Shown here piece after piece: positions 56,569 through 64,000 of a stretch of 64,000 nucleotides of DNA (position 1 is its first letter; every line of letters starts with the position of its first letter). A program made the translations under genes and the position numbers. The notes beneath the pieces are model-generated. The model had not been told where the DNA came from. It made no database searches and was given only the letters and a program-made list of their open reading frames with translations. Source of the DNA: Methanotrichaceae archaeon. Its GTDB lineage: Archaea > Halobacteriota > Methanosarcinia > Methanotrichales > Methanotrichaceae. The stretch is from contig CAWEXU010000031.1 of NCBI GenBank assembly GCA_963813075.1, forward strand, positions 96,001-160,000. Reading direction: 5' to 3'.

Positions 56569-57159
56569 ATGAGAAATATACTATCAATATTAGCGTTGAC
56601 ATTTATTATTTCAGTAATTGTAGCATCGGCGAGTGAATTTAGCATAACATCACCAGAATCTGATAAGAAGTATTATGTTTGGGATGAGATACCAGTCATT
56701 TATGGGGATGAAGGTGTGCATGATTATAGCACATACGCCAAGTTGCTTCCGGACGGTACTGAAACCCTTGTTGATGGTGATGTCCTTAAACCAGATATAG
56801 GCGGAGAGTATCTGATAACCGTTCGTTGTGACGACTGTGATGATGAGGATAGTGTGACTATCAACGTTAGAGACAGCCCACGGCCCACCAATACGCGAAT
56901 AGTCATCAAGTCACCCGATAAATATACGAATTATATAGTCGGCGAACCAGTCCCAATCATCTTTGAATCCTTACTTCCAACAATCAGGCCGGACGTTAAA
57001 ATCACATCCTATGTTACCGCCCCAAATAGCAGAGAACGAATAGAGACAGATACATGGGTACCGACGGTGGCAAATGAATATTACGTCATTGAAGTCAAAG
57101 CTGAGGTCGACGGATTTACCTTCATTGCTTCGAATGGGTTCAAAGCTGCAGCTTCGTAA
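56569..57159 (+). CDS. Secreted hypothetical protein with two Ig-like repeats
   Basis: Signal peptide; ITSPESDKKYYV / IKSPDKYTNYIV duplication. Confidence 0.65.
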   Translation: MRNILSILALTFIISVIVASASEFSITSPESDKKYYVWDEIPVIYGDEGVHDYSTYAKLLPDGTETLVDGDVLKPDIGGEYLITVRCDDCDDEDSVTINVRDSPRPTNTRIVIKSPDKYTNYIVGEPVPIIFESLLPTIRPDVKITSYVTAPNSRERIETDTWVPTVANEYYVIEVKAEVDGFTFIASNGFKAAAS

Positions 57160-57444
57160 TAGGAACCTATCACATCAATACCAAGAGGGTTATAAACTCT
57201 TCAGCCTTAAGACCGGTTGAAGTGGACCTTTTCTTTTCTTTTGTATAAATTGATTGGCTGATTTTTAGTAGCCCGTGATTTCGTAATTTACTTAAGCTTA
57301 AAATGTACTAATAATTAAAATATAAATATTTTTTGTTAAATTTACATTATCCTAAATTCTTAGATGTAAGTAATAATTTTTAAGAACTAAAATAAGAATG
57401 AAAAATACAATGATTATAAATAGCTTTAGCTTAGATGTATATAA

Positions 57445-57672
57445 AGTGTCCTTCCTCGGAATGGACGGGTGGAGCAGGCTCAATCAAACTGGTCATTTGT
57501 ATTGAGCATTCACTGGCTGTAGTAGAAATTGCAATGAGGGCCTTAAATTAATGCAAAAGATTGGCATACATCCAATAAAAGGAGGGCTAAAATTCCCCGA
57601 TCCCCAGGCATATCACCTAGCCCCTCGTCCAGTTTTAAGGCCTCCATTGCATTCTGGCCAGACGCCATCTAT
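57445..57672 (+). ncRNA. Candidate structured 5' leader RNA, copy 1
   Basis: Homologous to 59612-59845 with compensatory base changes in several stems. Confidence 0.6.
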
Positions 57673-57844
57673 TTGATGGTTGATTGAAATGAAAAAAAGA
57701 TAGGCTCAATGAAAAGGAAGATAATAAAGAAGCATGCTGGAGGATATATGGATATTCCTAATGTTTCGGCTTTAGCATATAGGTGTTCTTCGAATCCGGG
57801 ATGTGCATCAGATTCATACAAGAGCCTAGCCTTTACCAGATGAG

Positions 57845-59417
57845 GTGATTAATTTGAAAATAAGAATATTATTGGCGGCTGTTGTTCTAATAGGTCTACT
57901 TTTTAGCCTACCTGCATCAGCCCAGAATGCGCTGTGCGTATGTGATGACCCTCAACCAACCCCTGCAAAAGAGTACAAGATACCCATGGCGAGAAATATA
58001 GATACCCTAATCGGTGTTGAGAAATTCAATTCAAGCCTGGGATGTCTTCAAGAAGTTAGATTGACGGCAAAATCTTGCGGTTATATATGGGCTGAAGTTG
58101 ACAACGAAGATAATTTATCCCAAGAGTGGGAATACGTTGCAACATCAGGAATCAGTGTTGTTCTGCCAGAGAGCCTGGGAGAAACACATTGTCAATTTGG
58201 AACAGTCGATGGTCCTGAAACAATACCTACAGGAGCAGATGATCCTTCTGAGCTGCCACCAGGAGATGTATATAATCCAGATTATGAAGGTCCAGATTAC
58301 AGCAGAACTGATTACGGCACTAGAACAAACCCCACCTGTTGTGAACCTGAAGAAGGAAATGGTATTTTCATATTAGATTCATCAGCAGCTCTGGAACTAT
58401 TCAGTGGCACTGGCCTTCCGGGAGATACGGTTAATGTTTTAGTTCAAACAAGTGGTTCATCTGGGTTGACTCCAGGACAGAGTGCAAATGTAGGGTACCA
58501 GAGCTTTTCCGAAATGGACGCAACGATTACTGTCGAGTATGTATACTGCCCACCATCGCTTGCATGCATCAATGGCTCCAAGGTAGGCTGCGATAACGAA
58601 CCTCTTTCTGGCTGGACGATTACCCTGACCAAGCCTGATGGTTCCACAGCCACCGACGTGACCGATGACAACGGCGAATACTCATTCTGCGACCTCCCTG
58701 CAGGCAGCTATAAAGTCTGCGAAGAGACCAGACCTGGATGGTATCCCGTCGGACAGACCTAGCTATGACATAATCTTGGATGACGTTGATAAAGTCGAGG
58801 TGCCTCCCTTCAAGAACACGCAGCACTTCTGCATCAGCGGCTACAAGTACAACGTAACTAACAACGCCGAAGAACCACTTGAAGGCTGGACGATTACCCT
58901 TACCAAGCCTGATGGTTCCACAGTCATCGATACCACAGATGCCAACGGCTACTATGAGTTCTGCGATCTGGCCAATGGTCAGTATAAGGTCTCTGAAGAG
59001 CTGAAGCCAGAATGGATAGCTAAATCTCCAGCCTCCGTTAATGTTGTGCTGTATTGCGAAGATGAATCCGTTGACTTCAGAAATGCGAAACAGCCTAATC
59101 TGGTCTGCGTATGTCCGTTCTTCATCAGGAACGAGCTGTATGGCGCCAGCATGCAAAGAGGTAAAAGTGGTCGATGCCAGCAAAGGAGTCATTTCCAATG
59201 ATCCCCAGGCTCTGTGGTGCTCAATCCGGAATCAATAACCATTGATCCAAAATACGGCACACTCTTCGTCGAAGAGGATGGATCCTTTGTCTATGATCCA
59301 ACAGTTGCCACTGGACGCCTTTATTCTGGCATGTATGTGATGTTCAAGTACAACGCCAACAACGGGCTCTGTGATTCCGTATATCCAGGAATCGCCAAGA
59401 TCCAGCTCAGATGCTGA
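57845..59417 (+). CDS. Secreted Cys-rich adhesin-like protein 2 (frameshifts ~58755 and ~59150-59215)
   Basis: EKFNSSLGCLQEV; two SdrD-B-like repeats; CPFFIRNELY...KIQLRC. Confidence 0.8.
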
Positions 59418-59611
59418 GACGGATCGAACATCAAATTTTTATTTTTTTAATTTTTAATTATTTTTACAGGTTAAGCTCTTCTACTCCCAGATTCTTCAAT
59501 CGACATGTGAAAGAAAAGAACATAAGAGGCCCTTTCGCTGACGTTTTTGCCGCAAAATAAGCGAGCAGAAAGCCAATGACTTTAAATAGCTTAAGCTTAA
59601 TACATATTATA

Positions 59612-59845
59612 AGGGCATCCTTCTCTGAAACCGGACGGGTGTGAAGCAAGCTCAATCAAACTGGTCATTTGCATTGAGCGTTCCCTGGCTATGGCAAATT
59701 GTGATGAGGATCTTAAATGAAATCAGATTATCGGCAAAGTGATTCGATAAAAGGATGGCCGGACTTCCCCAATCCTCGGTTTTCATCATTTGGTCCCTCG
59801 CCCGGATTTAAGGTCCGCATCGCATTCAAGCCAGGAACCATCCAA
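59612..59845 (+). ncRNA. Candidate structured 5' leader RNA, copy 2
   Basis: Between TATA box 59581 and ATG 59864; nested stems. Confidence 0.6.
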
Positions 59846-59863
59846 AATGGTGGTGTTCTTGAA

Positions 59864-61060
59864 ATGAAACCGATAAAATGGATATTACTGGTTGCCTTTT
59901 TAGGGCTGGTTTTTGGCCAGATGGCCTCAGCCCTGGAAACTGAGCAGTATTGTGCTGTGTTCGATAACAAGAGTACTGATTGGGTCCAAACTAAAACAGT
60001 TCCCCAATTCGATCCCAGTCTGGGAACTCTGACCGAGGTCAGATTGACGGCAAACGCTTGCGGCTATCAGCTATTTCAACTGGATAGCGAAGATACCGCA
60101 GCGCAGTGTTGGACAGTCAGAACCTCCGGTGTGCTTACCACGCCTATGCCCAATGGAGATGTATTAACCCTCAACCTCCCGCCAGATCAACCAGAGAGAG
60201 TCCGCGAATTCTGTCTGGATGCTGACTCCGATGATGAGACAGACTTTATTGGAGACGACTCATACAGAGACTTTATTTCGGATTGCACTGATGACGAGAT
60301 GCAATTCTTCGGTGCCGACCTGGCAGATTGGATTGGCCCGGGCACTGTGAGCTTTACGACGACTGCAGACGCCACTACAATCGTAGATGGACCGGGCAGC
60401 TTCGATCAGAGCGTCCGCACCAATGCCGAGGAGACAATCTGCGTAGTCTATGTATATGAGCCGACAAAGCTGTGTATCGATGGCTACAAGTTCAACGGCT
60501 CAACCGATGAGGGTCTTGAAGGCTGGACAATTCAGCTGAAGGATGCATCCGGAGCGGTTATTAAAGAAGCGACGACCGATATAGACGGCTACTATAAGTT
60601 CTGTGATCTGGCCCCAGGCACCTACACAGTATGCGAGGTCACAAAGCCCAACTGGACACCCATTACGCCTACCTGCGTTCCTGTGGAGCTTATCGACCAG
60701 GATGAGACTGTAAACTTCAGAAATATAATTAAGCAAAAACCGCCATGCGGAACTGGATGCCCGTTCTTTATCAAGAATGAGCTGTACACCGCCAGCTGCA
60801 ATGAGGTAAAAGTGGTCGATGCCAGCAAAGGAATCCTGGCCAATGATCTTAAAGGTTCAATAGTGCTTGATCCCGAGTCAATAACCATCGATCCCAAGTA
60901 CGGATCTATTGAGGTCTATGAGGATGGAGCCTTCGTCTATGATCCGACGGGAGCTACGGGGCTTTATTCCGGCGTCTATGTGATATTCAAGTACAACGCT
61001 AACAACGGATTCTGTGATGCCAAGTATTTGGGTATTGCCAAGATCCAGATCAGATGCTGA
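59864..61060 (+). CDS. Secreted Cys-rich adhesin-like protein 3
   Basis: MKPIKWILLVAFLGLVFGQ; PQFDPSLGTL; one SdrD-B-like repeat; KIQIRC end. Confidence 0.85.
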   Translation: MKPIKWILLVAFLGLVFGQMASALETEQYCAVFDNKSTDWVQTKTVPQFDPSLGTLTEVRLTANACGYQLFQLDSEDTAAQCWTVRTSGVLTTPMPNGDVLTLNLPPDQPERVREFCLDADSDDETDFIGDDSYRDFISDCTDDEMQFFGADLADWIGPGTVSFTTTADATTIVDGPGSFDQSVRTNAEETICVVYVYEPTKLCIDGYKFNGSTDEGLEGWTIQLKDASGAVIKEATTDIDGYYKFCDLAPGTYTVCEVTKPNWTPITPTCVPVELIDQDETVNFRNIIKQKPPCGTGCPFFIKNELYTASCNEVKVVDASKGILANDLKGSIVLDPESITIDPKYGSIEVYEDGAFVYDPTGATGLYSGVYVIFKYNANNGFCDAKYLGIAKIQIRC

Positions 61061-61164
61061 GTCCAAGTAAATAAATTTTTAATTTTTTAAAATCTATTTT
61101 TTAATTAATTATTTTCTCGGGTTAAGCTTTTCTCCTTCCAGATCCATGCTTCGACTGGCTAGAA

Positions 61165-62544
61165 TTGAGCGATTGCCAGAGATCGGGATGCGGGCTATAT
61201 CCATGCAACACAAAGGCGAACATCGAAGAAAGTCGAGAAGAAATAGAGCAGAAAAAGTCTCCTGCCAGTTGCCCCATCAATAGCTTTGACCTGATCGTCA
61301 TAGGCGCGGGCCCGGCGGGTCTGTTTTGCGCCATAAGCTCCTGCCCGGGCGCAGGCGACAAGAGACGTATTCTTATTCTGGAGAAGAATGCCTCCCCAGG
61401 AAGAAAGCTCCTTATATCCGGCTCCGGCCAGTGCAATATCACCCATGCCGGAGACATCCGCTCTTTCCTTGACCACTATGGAGATCAGGGCAGATACCTG
61501 CGGCCGGCCATCCTCGGCTTCACCAACCAGGACCTCATATCCTACTTTGAGGCAAGAGGCCTGGGAATGTTCATTGAACCAGAAGGCAAGGTATTTCCCC
61601 TCACCCGGAAGGCCAGGGATGTCCTGGATATACTGCTGGAAGACTGCCGCAGGTGTGACATCGAAATCCATTGCCAGAGGGAGGTGATGGAAGTCGGCAG
61701 GACAGAAGAAGAGGGATTTCGTATTTCTTGTGTTGGCTGCGAGTACAGATCCCCAATCCTGGTCATTGCCACTGGAGGGTGCTCTTATCCAGCCACTGGA
61801 TCGACAGGAGACGGCTACCGATTCGCCCGCTCCCTGGGCCATAGCATAACCGAGATTGGGCCGGCCCTGACCCCCCTTTTGATAAAGGATTACCCCTTTA
61901 CCGACCTGGCAGGCATCTCATTTGAAAATATTAAAATATCTCTATACCACCAGGGGAAGAGGAGAGAAAGGCAGGGCGACGTCCTGTTCACCCATGAGGG
62001 GCTCTCCGGCCCTGGCGTTCTCGACCTGTCCCGCTATATCCGCTCGGGCGATGTCCTGGAGCTCTCTTTTGTGCCAAAGGAGAAGCGCCAGGAGCTGGAT
62101 CGATGGATGGTGGAATCAACTGGACAGGAGGGCAGTCGAACGGTAAAATCCAGGCTTTCAGTTCTCCCTCACTCCGTCCCCCTTCCCTCAAGGCTTATCC
62201 GCAGAATTATTGAGATATCGGGAATCGATCCCGATCTGAACCTCTCTCAGTTGAGACGAGAGGAGAGAATGCTACTCGTCGAAAACCTGGTCGGCCTGCC
62301 GCTTGTCGTCTCCAAGCCCGCGGGCTTTGCCGCCGCCATGGTCACCAGGGGTGGAGTAGAGTGGACTGAAGTAAATCCCAAGACGATGCAATCAAGGCTT
62401 GTCAGGGGGCTCTATCTGGCAGGTGAGGTGCTCGATATTGACGGCGATACAGGAGGCTACAACCTGCAGTCCTGCTTTTCAACCGGCTATCTGGCTGGAA
62501 GAAGCATTAAGAAGATCTGGGAAGAGGAAGATCGGTTAATATGA
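61165..62544 (+). CDS. HI0933/BaiN-family flavoprotein
   Basis: GAGPAG, GRKLLISGSGQCNIT, ATGG.SYP.TGSTGDGY, GGYNLQ. Confidence 0.9.
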   Translation: MSDCQRSGCGLYPCNTKANIEESREEIEQKKSPASCPINSFDLIVIGAGPAGLFCAISSCPGAGDKRRILILEKNASPGRKLLISGSGQCNITHAGDIRSFLDHYGDQGRYLRPAILGFTNQDLISYFEARGLGMFIEPEGKVFPLTRKARDVLDILLEDCRRCDIEIHCQREVMEVGRTEEEGFRISCVGCEYRSPILVIATGGCSYPATGSTGDGYRFARSLGHSITEIGPALTPLLIKDYPFTDLAGISFENIKISLYHQGKRRERQGDVLFTHEGLSGPGVLDLSRYIRSGDVLELSFVPKEKRQELDRWMVESTGQEGSRTVKSRLSVLPHSVPLPSRLIRRIIEISGIDPDLNLSQLRREERMLLVENLVGLPLVVSKPAGFAAAMVTRGGVEWTEVNPKTMQSRLVRGLYLAGEVLDIDGDTGGYNLQSCFSTGYLAGRSIKKIWEEEDRLI

Positions 62545-63726
62545 GCCCCACAGGAAAATCCCTCTCTTGCCCTCTCTTCACCTCATTTCTCAGGCTGGGC
62601 ATGAGCGCCTTCGGAGGGCCGGCGATGATCGCCTATATCCGCAGGATGGCGGTCGAGCGGAAGGGCTGGCTTGATGAAGAGACATTCCGGGCCGGGGTAG
62701 CCCTATGCCAGTTCATCCCCGGAGCCTCGGCCATGCAGATGGCAGCCTATGTCGGCCTGAAGGCGCGTGGGGTCGCAGGAGCTGCCACCTGCTTTATCGC
62801 TTTTGGCCTTCCCGCATTCCTGATGATCGTCATTCTCTCTGCACTGTACCAGAGAACACATGAGCTCCCCATTACAGCATCATTATTCAGCGGCCTGGAG
62901 GCAATAATCGTTGCTATCGTCGCCTATGCCGCCTTCATATTTGCCCGAAATTACTTCAGCCGCTGGAGGGATTTAGCCGTGGCTGTAACTGCCGCGGCAT
63001 TATTGATCCTTGGATTCAGCCCCTTTCTGGTGATCCTGGTTGCTGCATTTGCCGGGCTCATAATCTACCGGGACCTGCAGCCAAAAGAGAATGCAAAAGA
63101 GAATGGATCACAGGAGAGTGCACCACGTTCGAAGGAAACACCCAAAACCTCAGTGCCCTTAGTCCTCATATCTTCCGCCGCAGTACTCGGATTTGTACTC
63201 CTTTATATTTTCCAGCAGGACCTTTTCTCGCTTGCGGCATCGATGTTCTGGGTAGACCTTTTCGCATTTGGCGGCGGATTTGCCTCTCTTCCCCTGATGC
63301 TGAACGAGGTGGTAGCGGTACGATCCTGGATGGACTACCAGACCTTCATGAACGGAATAGCTCTCGGGCAGATCACCCCCGGACCGATTGTGATTACAGC
63401 GACGTTCGTCGGCTATATGGTTCAGGGTGTGGAGGGAAGCATTGTGGCCACGTTGGGAATCTTCCTGCCCTCTTTCCTTATTCTTATAGGAACGGTACCC
63501 TACTACGACCAGCTGAAGCGATCTGCTTCAATTCAACCGGGCAGTAAATGCCATACTATGCTCCTTTGTGGGATTGCTGGGACAGGTCGCCTTCCACTTC
63601 GCTATCAACATGGAAATCGACGCCGCTCATATTCTGATGGCAGCAGCAGCTTTCATTTTATTGTTCAAAATGGATATACTCTGGGTTATTCTGGGGGGAG
63701 CCCTGATCTCAGTGATCTTTCTCTAA
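62541..63726 (+). CDS. chrA: Chromate efflux transporter (frameshifted near the C-terminus)
   Basis: FGGPA, QFIPG, FGGG, GQITPGP. Confidence 0.9.
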
Positions 63727-63751
63727 GAAGGCCAGGCTCAGAGGATTAAAG

Positions 63752-63812
63752 GAATCAGAAAAATAAATCAGAAAAAATGAATCAGAAAAAATGAATCAGA
63801 ACAAATGAATCA
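63752..63812. repeat. Short tandem repeat
   Basis: GAATCAGAAAAAAT-like unit, about 4-5 copies. Confidence 0.7.
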
Positions 63813-63849
63813 TGATAAAATAAAAGGAATGTGACGGGGACCGGCCCCA

Positions 63850-64000
63850 TCACATCATTATCTCATAGCTGTCCTTATGCGGATTTATGAGCAGCTTCTC
63901 TGCAATCTCCTGGGCAGTGATCTGTGCCTCGGGTTTCAGCAGCCTGAAGTACAGCTTCCAGACGGTGGCTTTCTTTACATCCACCACATTACGGTAGCCC
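63850..64000 (-). CDS. 3' end of a PurS-like protein
   Basis: GYRNVVDVKKATVWKLY...EIAEKLLINPHKDSYEIMM. Confidence 0.55.
   Translation of the reverse strand, partial: GYRNVVDVKKATVWKLYFRLLKPEAQITAQEIAEKLLINPHKDSYEIMM

Noticed and set aside
59729..59750. GGCAAA suggesting a c-di-GMP-I riboswitch
   Set aside because: Not conserved in the other copy (GGCATA), and the remaining consensus elements are absent
59717..59863. 49-aa N-terminal extension of adhesin 3
   Set aside because: Signal peptide and paralogue alignment put the start at 59864; the extension overlaps the structured leader

Overview
Chromosomal window from a methanogenic archaeon. Gene content and style suggest Methanothrix/Methanosaeta (inference). 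Many single-base frameshifts, including two in carB, look like long-read consensus errors. Layout: 1-5.8 kb, a tandem array of DUF4157 (eCIS-core) proteins with different putative toxin tips; 6-9.5 kb, a decayed metal-uptake cluster; 12.4-17.4 kb, toxin-antitoxin/TPR accessory genes separated by three copies of a ~240-bp structured non-coding repeat; 18-39.6 kb, mostly metabolic genes (FAD oxidoreductase, SWIM+SNF2, SLC13-MBL/rhodanese-YeeE/YedE sulfur operon, acetyl-CoA hydrolase-GNAT, RlmJ-like, feoB, carB); 39.7-43.5 kb, a decayed defence/TA island with an IS5; 43.9-61 kb, a cell-surface protein island with a PAN protein, three paralogous Cys-rich adhesin-like genes, a 10x PKD protein and nested IS200/IS21 relics in a DUF1670 gene; the end holds a BaiN-like flavoprotein, chrA and a purS-like 3' end. 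Best leads: (i) a covarying multi-stem RNA leader upstream of the adhesin paralogues, (ii) the repeat-delimited cassette-like TA array, (iii) the archaeal DUF4157 polymorphic effector array. All family assignments come from motif recognition by eye; no searches were run.
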